Below, piece after piece: positions 16,778 through 24,919 of a stretch of DNA of 32,000 nucleotides. Each line of letters begins with the position of its first letter. Positions within the stretch are counted from its first letter, which is position 1. Both the position numbers and the translations under genes were made by a program. The notes beneath the pieces were generated by a model. It worked only from the letters and a program-made list of their open reading frames with translations. It searched no databases and was not told the origin of the DNA. Origin of the DNA: Pyrodictium delaneyi (GTDB lineage: Archaea; Thermoproteota; Thermoprotei_A; Sulfolobales; Pyrodictiaceae); NCBI RefSeq assembly GCF_001412615.1, contig NZ_CP013011.1, positions 450,001-482,000 on the forward strand. Direction: 5' to 3'.

Positions 16778-16978
16778 TTATCCAGTTAGAAGCGATGTAG
16801 CTACAAAGTGTATGACATAGGCTACGGAGCCTACGAGAAGTATGGCCAGCCATATTACTTTGGCTGCTTGTATATATTCTATCTTGTCTGGCTTCTCTAC
16901 ACGCTGGAGGATAAGCTTCCACTCGTGCAGAGTAGCCTTCATATAGTCTATAATGCTCTCCTTCTCCTTTACAGCCAT
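16778..16978 (-). CDS. secE: Preprotein translocase subunit SecE (Sec61 gamma)
   Basis: A 66-aa protein with an amphipathic N-terminus and a single C-terminal TM helix (AAKVIWLAILLVGSVAYVIHFVATSLL), immediately upstream of spt5. Confidence 0.85.
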   Translation of the reverse strand: MAVKEKESIIDYMKATLHEWKLILQRVEKPDKIEYIQAAKVIWLAILLVGSVAYVIHFVATSLLTG

Positions 16979-17045
16979 AGCGCTGGCCCCACGTAGCAGG
17001 GCTATACAGAGCTAGAAATGTAAGCTTTGCCACACCTCGGGGCTA

Positions 17046-17987
17046 TCAGGTCTCTCCCTGCTTTAGCTCTGCTAGTATCTTTTCCGCGTAGCGACGCGGT
17101 TCAAAAGGCTCCAAGTCTTCATAGCTCTGTCCCACGCCCATGAAGAGAATGGGTTTACCGGTCACAGCAGCAACACTAAGTGCTGTACCACCCTTAACAT
17201 CTGCATCAACCTTAGTCATTACTATGAAATCTATGCCCACCGCCTCGTCAAAGAAGCGAGCCTGCTCAACAGCATCGTTACCCGTAAGGGCGTCAACCAC
17301 TAGAGCACGATAATCTGGTTTAGCCACTCTAGTTATCTTACGCAGCTCCTCCATAAGGTCTCTATCTGTGTGCAAGCGTCCAGCAGTATCTATCAATACA
17401 ACACGGTAGCCGCGAGCCCGTGCATACTCTATGGCATCATAGACTACTGCTGCAGGATCAGCACCATATCGCCCGCCAATAAACGGTACACCGAGCTTCT
17501 CAGCATGTTTACGTAATTGCTCTTGAGCGCCAGCACGAAATGTATCAGCAGCCGCAATTACTGGCGTTACACCCTGGCTACGAAACATATAAGCAAACTT
17601 AGCTATGGTAGTAGTCTTGCCTACACCGTTGACGCCGAAGAATACTATTCTCAGCGGGTTTTCAGGTGAACGCCTAGACGCCTCTGCAACAAGATCCAAC
17701 CGCTTATAACCCCGGCTAAGTACTTCCACAATAGCTTCTTCTAAAGTCTTAACTACGTGGCTACGTAGATCGCTGAATCTCGGCACTTTACTACCTACAA
17801 GCTTCTCCCGAAGCTTTGCAGCTATCTCTTCAGCAACCTCAAACGCCACATCACTCTCAGCTAGACTGATTACGAGCTCTTCTAGTATTGGTTCCAATTC
17901 CTCCTCTTTTATCTCCTTGGTAGCGACGACCTCGGCGACGTTATCTACAAACTTTTTCAACGCCTTTTTAAGCTTGTTAAATACCAT
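17046..17987 (-). CDS. ftsY: Signal recognition particle receptor FtsY
   Basis: SRP-GTPase motifs are present: GVNGVGKTTTIAKFA, DTAGRLH, TKVDADVKGG. The ATG at 17987 (MVFNKLKKALKKF) has a GGAGGT 8 nt upstream; the track's TTG start is at 17996. Confidence 0.95.
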   Translation of the reverse strand: MVFNKLKKALKKFVDNVAEVVATKEIKEEELEPILEELVISLAESDVAFEVAEEIAAKLREKLVGSKVPRFSDLRSHVVKTLEEAIVEVLSRGYKRLDLVAEASRRSPENPLRIVFFGVNGVGKTTTIAKFAYMFRSQGVTPVIAAADTFRAGAQEQLRKHAEKLGVPFIGGRYGADPAAVVYDAIEYARARGYRVVLIDTAGRLHTDRDLMEELRKITRVAKPDYRALVVDALTGNDAVEQARFFDEAVGIDFIVMTKVDADVKGGTALSVAAVTGKPILFMGVGQSYEDLEPFEPRRYAEKILAELKQGET

Positions 17988-18155
17988 ACGGTACAACCTC
18001 CGGTTTATCTAACATTGTATATAGCTAAGCGTCTCTATAGCCGGGCCGGCTGAGCGATAAACAAGGGCTGGATACAAGGAAACTTAGTGAGCCCAAGATG
18101 TTTAAATTAGTTAATGAATGCAAGCAACCGGTAGAAAGGGAGAGCCCCACTATAG

Positions 18156-18602
18156 CTACTGTTGCCGTTGGCGTGTCTGCGCCATGCCAGCCTGGAGAGA
18201 CTGTTCCACAGCAGAGCGGAGAGCAGCATAATACTGGGTAAGCTTTGCAAGTTCCCTTTGGTACGCATCTAACAGCTTTGACGTAGATGCTCTTTCCTCA
18301 CGTATGAATTTCAATGCCTTCTCGTGAGGAACCTCTACGAACAAGTCTAGACCGACATGTACCAATATCTTTTCAAGAGGCTTTATGGATGCACGTACTA
18401 ATACTCCGCCCCTAGAGTCCAGCGGTACTAGCGCATCTTCTGCACCATTACGTATATTCATAAGCGCCTCTTCAACCGCTGAGAGCTGGATTAGTCTACT
18501 TTCGAGTTCCGCTGTGGCAGTTTGGAGTTGTTTTATCTGGTTTTCGAGAAGAGTCAGCTGCTCAATAGCCTCTTCAAGGGTTATAGTCTGCTGTGTACTC
18601 AA
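18156..18602 (-). CDS. pfdA: Prefoldin alpha subunit
   Basis: Coiled coil, beta hairpins, coiled coil: LENQIKQLQTATAELESRLIQLSAVEEAL...ILVHVGLDLFVEV...AKLTQYYAALRSAVEQ. The TTG start overlaps the LX stop as TTGA. Confidence 0.85.
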   Translation of the reverse strand: MSTQQTITLEEAIEQLTLLENQIKQLQTATAELESRLIQLSAVEEALMNIRNGAEDALVPLDSRGGVLVRASIKPLEKILVHVGLDLFVEVPHEKALKFIREERASTSKLLDAYQRELAKLTQYYAALRSAVEQSLQAGMAQTRQRQQ

Positions 18603-18862
18603 GGTTTAATCCACCTAGTGAGGCTGGCTAGGGCTACTAGGCTGCGGTCAGGCACCTCCTCGGCTGGTACTTCAACGACACGCTCTATCTTGATATGATA
18701 CCTCTTTATTTTATGGTTGCTACCCAGCTCCGACAACACCTTCTCTACAGCGTGCTCTGGCTTTAGCGCTCTTACATATTTCCTAAACTTCCACCACTCC
18801 GGCATCTTATGTGGACGTATCAGCATCTTACCCTCAACAAGGTAGAACTTCACGTCGCCCAT
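18599..18862 (-). CDS. rplX: 50S ribosomal protein LX / L18Ae (eL20)
   Basis: MGDVKFYLVEGKMLIRPHKMPEWWKFRKYVRALKPEHAVEKVLSELGSNHKIKRYHIKI matches the LX family. The aIF6-LX-pfdA order is conserved. Confidence 0.85.
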   Translation of the reverse strand: MGDVKFYLVEGKMLIRPHKMPEWWKFRKYVRALKPEHAVEKVLSELGSNHKIKRYHIKIERVVEVPAEEVPDRSLVALASLTRWIKP

Positions 18863-18890
18863 ACCGCAGCCCCCATCTAGACCCTCCGGC

Positions 18891-19568
18891 TCAGCCCCCG
18901 AGTCTTAAGGCTTGCTGAATCCTCATAAGCTCGGGACCAGTAGTTTCATCGCCTACCAGTGCACCTTTATCGTTCGCGACAAGCCCTGCCTTTACAAAGT
19001 AAAGGCCAAAGTTTACAGTAGCTGTGGCGAACTCTACACGAAACACGTTGCCCAGGACCTTGATCTCCTCGTCACTTACGCCCGGATGCACAACACCACC
19101 ACGGTTAGTTACAACAATCATAGAGCCTACTGTGGGAATATCCGCCAAATGACGCTGATATACAGTCTCTACGCCCAGGACTTGTTTAATTTTCTCGATA
19201 GCTGACTTATCTATCGTTGGTGATACGAATGCTCCATAATTGTTGGCAGCTATCAAGTTTCCGAGAGCAGTTTGACGTATTTCAAGGATCTCTAGCCGTA
19301 TCTTATCACCTATATACTCCCGTAGGCTATCATATTCCTCAGGCTTTACTATTCTTGGCAACAACAACCCCTTATCATTACCAGCCACCATTACACCATT
19401 GATTATCATATCTGCTATCTTGACGTCTATGACTTCTACATCAAGAATGTCGGCTATCTTCTTTTTATCCTTCTCAGTAATCGTTGGAGGCACCAATGCT
19501 ATGCTGTTGTTAGCAAATATGTAGACACCTATATTGGGGTTCCCATGGACATTCATGTACTCTATCAA
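18891..19568 (-). CDS. eif6: Translation initiation factor 6 (aIF6)
   Basis: The pentein repeats begin HGNPNIGVYIFANNSIALVPP.... The length is 225 aa from the TTG at 19568; an ATG at 19556 is the alternative start. Confidence 0.95.
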   Translation of the reverse strand: MIEYMNVHGNPNIGVYIFANNSIALVPPTITEKDKKKIADILDVEVIDVKIADMIINGVMVAGNDKGLLLPRIVKPEEYDSLREYIGDKIRLEILEIRQTALGNLIAANNYGAFVSPTIDKSAIEKIKQVLGVETVYQRHLADIPTVGSMIVVTNRGGVVHPGVSDEEIKVLGNVFRVEFATATVNFGLYFVKAGLVANDKGALVGDETTGPELMRIQQALRLGG

Positions 19569-19751
19569 TCAGCGTCCCCAGTATATCACCGGCTAGACGT
19601 GGAGAGGTAATTAGAACTGTCTACCTTAAAGAGGATCCCGTATGAGGGGCTGAAACTAGAGAACCTTGGGTCCTGGAACCGAGTTCATTACATACGAGTA
19701 CTTTTCGCCTTGTAAGGGTGTATCGGAAAATAGCAATCTAAATATCAATTT

Positions 19752-20060
19752 CTAACTCTGTTGATCCTGAGCAGACCTCACAGCCTTCTTCTGCCTCACG
19801 AGCAGAACCTTGACCTTACCGGTTTCTTGGTCTTTGACAGCCTTGACTGTTATACGGCGAGGCGGCTTCTCTATGCTCCTAGACCATATATATTCATTGA
19901 CACTATTGTGTATAACTACATCTGCGACATCAACGCCGAAATGCCTTGCTACGAACTTCCTTACTAGCCTCACAGCACGTGCTGCACGATTGCTACGGCG
20001 CCCCCAGTATACTCGAGCAAGGGGGATAGTGTATATGGCCTCCTTCTTCTCCTTAGGCAT
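19752..20060 (-). CDS. rpl31e: 50S ribosomal protein L31e (eL31)
   Basis: IYTIPLARVYWGRRSNRAARAVRLVRKFVARHFG...VIHNSVNEYIWSRSIEKPPRRITVKA matches eL31. Confidence 0.95.
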   Translation of the reverse strand: MPKEKKEAIYTIPLARVYWGRRSNRAARAVRLVRKFVARHFGVDVADVVIHNSVNEYIWSRSIEKPPRRITVKAVKDQETGKVKVLLVRQKKAVRSAQDQQS

Positions 20061-20099
20061 AACTTATACACCTCACACTCACTACTAGCCTCACGAGGT

Positions 20100-20255
20100 T
20101 TAGGCCTTTAGCTTAACTCTCCTCCAGTGCCGACGCTTAGGGTGGTCACGGAACCTCCTGTTAGTCTTTATAATAACCCATATGGGTACTGCACGGTTCT
20201 GCTTGAGTGCCTTAGCGAGCCGGAGCTTCTTTCCGAGCGGCTTAAAATGCGCCAT
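20100..20255 (-). CDS. rpl39e: 50S ribosomal protein L39e (eL39)
   Basis: This gene is below the ORF-track size cutoff. My manual translation is [51 protein letters not shown] (51 aa), the eL39 signature. It occupies the conserved position upstream of L31e. Confidence 0.9.
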   Translation of the reverse strand: MAHFKPLGKKLRLAKALKQNRAVPIWVIIKTNRRFRDHPKRRHWRRVKLKA

Positions 20256-20291
20256 GCCTGTAGCGCACCCCCACGCAGCTGCCTCGGGGGT

Positions 20292-20639
20292 CTACTTTCT
20301 TTTAATCCTTATACGTGGCTCCCGATGTGTCCGCTCGTATATGGTTTCCAAAAGCCGCTTGACGATATCCTCGTCAACAGGTGGCTGTAGCTGTCCAGCC
20401 TGCACGAGAGCTATAATGTTATCCTCAACTATCTTAGCTAGTTCTGGCCTCACAAGTTTCACGTTGGCAAGGCGCTCCCTAGCCTTAGGAGTTAGTATGG
20501 CGCGCAGGAGTGCCTCCCTTTTAGCAGCCTCCTCTTGTTGACGGCGGCGAATCTCCTCCTCCATCTGTAGACGGCGCTGAAGCTCGGCTAGCTTCCTACG
20601 CTTAATAGCCTCAAGCTCCTCGTCGTAGAACTCCGCCAC
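20292..20639 (-). CDS. PDCD5/TFAR19-like DNA-binding protein
   Basis: The charged N-terminal helix reads EELEAIKRRKLAELQRRLQMEEE and the core reads REALLRAILTPKARERLANVKLVRPELAKIVEDNIIALVQAGQL, typical of the archaeal PDCD5 family. It starts at a GTG. Confidence 0.85.
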   Translation of the reverse strand: MAEFYDEELEAIKRRKLAELQRRLQMEEEIRRRQQEEAAKREALLRAILTPKARERLANVKLVRPELAKIVEDNIIALVQAGQLQPPVDEDIVKRLLETIYERTHREPRIRIKRK

Positions 20640-20812
20640 TATATCCTACACCCCCGCGTGGAGAGGGGGATAGAGGGGCTCTACTTAGCGTTTAGGGCTG
20701 CCAAGCATCGTTGCTGAGAAACATGTTGCTGGAGTTTCTGCTGAGCAACACAAGGCCTCTAGCCAAGAAGACGAAAACTGTCAGGCAGCTAGGAGTGCTA
20801 TGGGGTAAACGG

Positions 20813-21274
20813 TTAAGCTAGGTACTTCTTCAGTGCAGGGTTCTTCTCTGCGAGCTCCTTCATTATCTCATACGCCGTGTTGTCTAGTAGGCTGCGCCCC
20901 CTAGGGCTTAGTGTACGCCCCTTACCGCGGACCTTCACTACTAGCCCTGCACGCTCGAGCTGCTGGAGTATCTTCCTCACGATCGAGCCAGAGCCCTTCC
21001 TAAAGTGCTCTGGAGCTACACCCCTGTTCACACGGCCACCATAGGCGGTGCGTAGCCGCTCAATGCCGACAGGTGTTCCACGCTTGTAGAGCTTACGCAG
21101 TATCGATGCTGCCCGGTAGTACCACCAGTCAGGGTCCTCTGGGGGTCTCTCCTTGTGTACACCAGTCTTGACGTAGTAGGCCCAAGCCGGCGGCCTTATC
21201 TGTGGCATCTGCTTGAGCTTCTGTGCCACACGCTCTATGAGTAGGTCGGCTGGGACCTCTAACGCCGTGACCAT
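20813..21274 (-). CDS. rps19e: 30S ribosomal protein S19e (eS19)
   Basis: [35 protein letters not shown]...[29 protein letters not shown] matches eS19. Confidence 0.95.
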   Translation of the reverse strand: MVTALEVPADLLIERVAQKLKQMPQIRPPAWAYYVKTGVHKERPPEDPDWWYYRAASILRKLYKRGTPVGIERLRTAYGGRVNRGVAPEHFRKGSGSIVRKILQQLERAGLVVKVRGKGRTLSPRGRSLLDNTAYEIMKELAEKNPALKKYLA

Positions 21275-21621
21275 CTTGCGCTCCTCCCCGCTACATTCCG
21301 CTCCCTCACAGACCGTATTTTATTCCTTCCAGCAGGCTGGGGTCTTTCACGTCGCGGCTGAGGCCTATAGAGCACAAAAGTGCGCCCTCTCACATCAAGG
21401 AGGCGTGCGCCGAGCTTCTCTGCAACCCGGCGCGCAAGCTCTCTCCGATCAAGCCCAGTAACCTTGACAGCCGTACGAAGCGCCTTAACCTTCACGACGC
21501 CCTTCTCCTTGAGCCTACGATCTATCTCCTTCAACACCCCCTCACTAAGCCCGTTCTTGCCTATAATCACGTCGGCTGGACCCTGCTGTACTATCTCCTT
21601 CAGCCTCGAGAGGTTCCTCAT
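21259..21621 (-). CDS. CRM-domain RNA-binding protein (YhbY/CRS1 family)
   Basis: [45 protein letters not shown]...[18 protein letters not shown] fits the YhbY fold pattern (IGK.G). The ATG at 21621 or 21648 could be the start. A basic C-terminal tail overlaps the S19e start. Confidence 0.8.
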   Translation of the reverse strand: MRNLSRLKEIVQQGPADVIIGKNGLSEGVLKEIDRRLKEKGVVKVKALRTAVKVTGLDRRELARRVAEKLGARLLDVRGRTFVLYRPQPRRERPQPAGRNKIRSVRERNVAGRSARWSRR

Positions 21622-22021
21622 GATCCTCCGGCCTCCTAACCCTGACAATGTAGCGGTGTCTGTACCCGCATATAAGGCATGTTACCACACGCCGCGTAAC
21701 CCTACCATCACGTACAAGCCTAACCCTAGCAGTAACACCCAGGACGAGCGGCGCTCCACAGTTCTTGCACACGCCCCGGCGGAGCACCACAGGCTTACGG
21801 AGGCGGGTGAGCCGCCTTATCTCATCAGCCTCGCGGATGAGGTATCGAGCATAGTCCAGCTTACCCCTCCTAACAGCCTCTACCGCGAGGCTGTACAGTC
21901 TATATATAGCCTGGATTGCTACGTCGCGGGCAACTTCCTTAGAGGACTTTAGCCTCCTGGGCACCACAGAGCCAGCCTCCCCTTGAGAGGGATGCGCAGC
22001 GTTGGCCACTAAACAAGACAC
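21545..22021 (-). CDS. rnp4: RNase P protein component 4 (Rpp21/Rpr2)
   Basis: The helical N-terminus reads AIQAIYRLYSLAVEAVRRGKLDYARYLIREADEIRRL and the zinc ribbon reads CKNCGAPLVLGVTARVRLVRDGRVTRRVVTCLICGYRHRY. The real start may be an internal GTG (21967 or 21964). The C-terminal tail overlaps the YhbY gene. Confidence 0.85.
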   Translation of the reverse strand: MSCLVANAAHPSQGEAGSVVPRRLKSSKEVARDVAIQAIYRLYSLAVEAVRRGKLDYARYLIREADEIRRLTRLRKPVVLRRGVCKNCGAPLVLGVTARVRLVRDGRVTRRVVTCLICGYRHRYIVRVRRPEDHEEPLEAEGDSTAGSSRRDYRQERA

Positions 22022-22712
22022 GAAGCATAGACTAAAACTTGTACTGGCAGAGGCAGCCCTCGAAACTGTGCCACGCGAGATCTGGGGACACCCCGCAGTC
22101 TACAAACATGCCCGCAGGAGGGGCAAACCATCAGCCTCCATACTTCTAGACCGTAGTATACACCATCAAGCAATGAAGAGGCTTCCAAACGCGGAGAAGC
22201 GTGGAAGGCCAGATATAGTCCACATAGCGCTGCTAGAAGCCTTAGGTAGTCCGCTGAACAGGGAAGGCCTTCTAGAAGTCTACGTACACACCCTTAACGA
22301 TTACGTCATATTCATTGATCCCTCTACAAGGCTTCCGCGTAACTACAACCGGTTCGTCGGCTTGATAGAACAGCTATTCGATGAAGGACAGGTACCGCCG
22401 GAGGGTAAACCACTGCTATGGATCCGGCCCATGACGCTCGAGCGGCTTCTCCAAGAGATTGGTGCTACCCATGTCATCTTGCTAGCCGAGGATGGCGAAC
22501 ACCGCAGGCTTAGAGACATAGCTGGAGAAGCCCTCCAGCATGCCCCTGCTACTGCTGTAGTAGTAGGCGCGTTCCCACACGGTGATTTCAACGAGGAGAC
22601 TAGGAGGCTAGCAACACGGGTCTATAGCATCTATCGCGGTGAGCCGCTAGAGACATGGACCGTAGTCTCTCATCTACTAGCTGTGGCAGCCGACATGCTT
22701 AACATAATTTAG
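22002..22712 (+). CDS. nep1: Ribosomal RNA small-subunit pseudouridine methyltransferase Nep1 (Emg1)
   Basis: SPOUT/Nep1 motifs are present: RGRPDIVHIALLEALGSPLNREGLLEVYVHTLNDYVIFIDPSTRLPRNYNRFVGLIEQL. It starts at a TTG. Confidence 0.9.
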   Translation: MATKQDTKHRLKLVLAEAALETVPREIWGHPAVYKHARRRGKPSASILLDRSIHHQAMKRLPNAEKRGRPDIVHIALLEALGSPLNREGLLEVYVHTLNDYVIFIDPSTRLPRNYNRFVGLIEQLFDEGQVPPEGKPLLWIRPMTLERLLQEIGATHVILLAEDGEHRRLRDIAGEALQHAPATAVVVGAFPHGDFNEETRRLATRVYSIYRGEPLETWTVVSHLLAVAADMLNII

Positions 22713-22749
22713 ACCCAGATATGTCTGCAGCACAGCAAGGAACCTTGGA

Positions 22750-23175
22750 TTGGGGTTTGCGCTAGCGGTGGCAACCGTGATAGCATCAGCATACAGTGGC
22801 ATGCTACCGCCTAACCCGATGCTATCACTCATACAAGGCGCTACACTACTAGCAATAGTCACTGTCCTTGTACTCTCTAGTATAGATGTGCTGCCGGGGC
22901 TACGCAAGCTACTATTGGCTAGCATCGCAATATTACACCTTATATACGTCAAGACCTATGCGTCTACGTACAACTTACACGTACTCATAGCACCGCTCCT
23001 CGATGTATTCATAGACTCATCAGGTCACGCATCAGCGATGATAGACTTCACCCAAATAGTAGTTATATACATTATTGCGAGCTATATATACGAGAAGCAT
23101 GTACAAGCCAAACAGCAGGAAAGAGATATAACCCCCTCGACAGCTACGAGTCCCACCAACACGGACAACCAATAG
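22750..23175 (+). CDS. Hypothetical membrane protein
   Basis: A 141-aa ORF with 3-4 hydrophobic helices (FALAVATVIASAY, GATLLAIVTVLVLSSI, LLLASIAILHLIYV, IVVIYIIASYIY) and a polar tail. I recognise no family. It starts at a TTG. Confidence 0.45.
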   Translation: MGFALAVATVIASAYSGMLPPNPMLSLIQGATLLAIVTVLVLSSIDVLPGLRKLLLASIAILHLIYVKTYASTYNLHVLIAPLLDVFIDSSGHASAMIDFTQIVVIYIIASYIYEKHVQAKQQERDITPSTATSPTNTDNQ

Positions 23176-23186
23176 CTGCGCGGCGT

Positions 23187-23264
23187 GCCGCGGTAGTATA
23201 GCCCGGCCAAGTATGCGGGCCTCTCGAGCCCGTGACCCGGGTTCAAATCCCGGCCGCGGCACCA
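23187..23264 (+). tRNA. tRNA-Glu (CUC), no intron, CCA encoded
   Basis: GCCGCGG-UA-GUAU-AGCCCGGCCAA-GUAU-G-CGGGC-CUCUCGA-GCCCG-UGAC-CCGGG-UUCAAAU-CCCGG-CCGCGGC-A-CCA, 78 nt in total. Confidence 0.9.
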
Positions 23265-23638
23265 ATTCCTCCAAACACGCCTTCTCTCCCACTTCTCTTG
23301 ACACAATGACAAGCTTGAAGTCTCGAGCCTAATGTCTAGGCAAGGCTAACGATGCCATAGCATAACAGCGTACAGCCTCTAGGAGTTGCCTAATATTTGC
23401 AGCAAAGACAAAAGCAGGTAGGACCTCGCTAACAGTTAGGTATGACCCAACACATGTGTTATAGCAAGACAGGGGCATAGCTACCCTCGCTCTCGCCGTT
23501 TCAACCATCATCTATTACCTTTGTATCTACCCAGCAAAGGGTCTAAGTAGGATACAAGCTACTACATGTTACGGTTGTAAGCACTCGTATAACACTATGC
23601 TCTTGCTAGAGCTCCACACCAATGAGGTGCTATATAAC

Positions 23639-23941
23639 ATGTTTATGAGGCATCCTCTCGACATAACTAAGGACAAGCTTAACAGTAGCGACATTGTTGA
23701 CGCGATCCGTTTAGCCATAATCGCAGAGCTTGACGCAATAAGCTTCTACCTCCAGGTCGCTAGGCGAGTTAATGACGAGGCTGTGAGAAAGGTGTTTGAA
23801 GATGTTGCTAGAGAGGAGAAGACCCACGTGGGAGAATTTCTTGCTCTGCTGAAGCGCCTTGACCCTGAGCAGGCAAGGGAACTTGAGAGAGGTTTCCGGG
23901 AAGTATCGGAGCTTCTAGGCGAGGCGACTAGCGAAAGCTAG
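23639..23941 (+). CDS. Ferritin-like protein of the encapsulated-ferritin (EncFtn) type, stand-alone
   Basis: HPLDITKDKLNSSDIVDAIRLAIIAELDAISFYLQVARRVNDEAVRKVFEDVAREEKTHVGEFLALLKRLDPEQ aligns by eye with the EncFtn pattern HEPL...E.LEA..WY.QR......D.EL..IL.H.RDEEKEH....LEWLRR.D (Rhodospirillum EncFtn, recalled from memory). The start is ATG 23639 or 23645; the ORF track starts at 23597. Confidence 0.7.
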   Translation: MFMRHPLDITKDKLNSSDIVDAIRLAIIAELDAISFYLQVARRVNDEAVRKVFEDVAREEKTHVGEFLALLKRLDPEQARELERGFREVSELLGEATSES

Positions 23942-24353
23942 AGTTCAGGTCGTTATCCTGCGGCTGTCGAGGTTTTAGCCTTCTATCTAAGATATGTCTA
24001 GGAGCTAGGCCATGCTCATCTTTTTATTTATGTGTATTCTCCGTCGATGCCCTGCCCCGACATCAGCTCATGTGTGTTCTACGTCTAGGTACGACGCCTA
24101 CTGGCCACCGAGACATATGGAATGCTTACTTCTCAAGCTACCCTATACCTATAGTCTTCTATACCCCCATGATACATGCTACGGGTCTGTCCTCTTCTTC
24201 TGTGCGTTGTATGTTACTCCATGTGACGCCGCCTGGAGCCAGCTGAGGCCCGATGTTCTCCATCAAGGCGAGCCGGTGGCTGCTACCAGCTACCCTCCAG
24301 CTTTTATACCCGTGTTAAAGACAGGGTTACCTATGCCAAATGGGTGGTAACCT

Positions 24354-24821
24354 ATGACCCCTGAACCTGGTGCTAAGGCGCCCGTCTTTGAAGCCGTTAC
24401 GCATCTGGGCTCGAAACTTCGTCTCGACGAGCTGAGAGGCCAAATAGTTGTATTGTATTTTTATCCACGCGCCATGACAAGTGGCTGCACAAGAGAGGCT
24501 CAACGCTTCAACGAGTTACTCGAGGAGTTCACTAAGCACAATGCTATAGTGCTCGGCATATCCACTGATCCTCCAGAAAGAAACCGCCGATTTGCCGAGA
24601 AGCTTGGACTCCGCTTTACGCTCCTAAGCGACCCGGATGGGGAGATAGCTCGCCTCTATGGTGTCCTAAAGCAGGGATCCAAAAGAGTCGGCGCCGAGCG
24701 TGTCACCTTCATAATAGACCAGCATGGTAGAATAGCCAAGGTTATAGCAAAGGTTAGGCCTGCAGAGAAACACGCAGACTTGGCACTCGAGGCTGTAAGG
24801 GGGCTCTCTGCTAGACAGTAG
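24354..24821 (+). CDS. bcp: Thiol peroxidase / peroxiredoxin, Bcp (PrxQ) type
   Basis: The sequence reads GAKAPVFEAVTHLGSKLRLDELRGQIVVLYFYPRAMTSGCTREA, with the peroxidatic Cys in a P..T.GCT context, followed by GISTDP. Confidence 0.9.
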   Translation: MTPEPGAKAPVFEAVTHLGSKLRLDELRGQIVVLYFYPRAMTSGCTREAQRFNELLEEFTKHNAIVLGISTDPPERNRRFAEKLGLRFTLLSDPDGEIARLYGVLKQGSKRVGAERVTFIIDQHGRIAKVIAKVRPAEKHADLALEAVRGLSARQ

Positions 24822-24919
24822 CGCCTCGGATGTGGAGCCTAAAACAGTAGCCGGGGGCTTCGACGCCTAGATGTCTCCTCTAGGTCTGGAAGCCTAAAGA
24901 TGCCTAGATACTAGGTTCT

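Noticed and set aside
16764-17033. An 89-aa minus-strand ORF overlapping SecE in another frame, and a plus-strand ORF at 16808-16996.
   Set aside because: The 66-aa frame gives a textbook SecE with a single TM helix. The alternatives have no features.
20710-20752. The hairpin plus ACA as an H/ACA guide RNA.
   Set aside because: The 1x4 internal loop is too small for a pseudouridylation pocket and there is no K-turn/K-loop GA motif. I kept it only as a low-interest structural observation.
23329-23511. A 60-aa minus-strand ORF in the 330-nt spacer after tRNA-Glu.
   Set aside because: I found no supporting signal (no SD, motif or TM pattern). It cannot be distinguished from chance at this length.
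24012-24350. A 112-aa ORF between the EncFtn-like gene and bcp.
   Set aside because: Its Cys/Tyr/Leu/Pro-rich translation has no motifs. The frame runs on a pyrimidine-rich strand, unlike real genes here, and it ends in the bcp ribosome-binding region. It is probably spurious.
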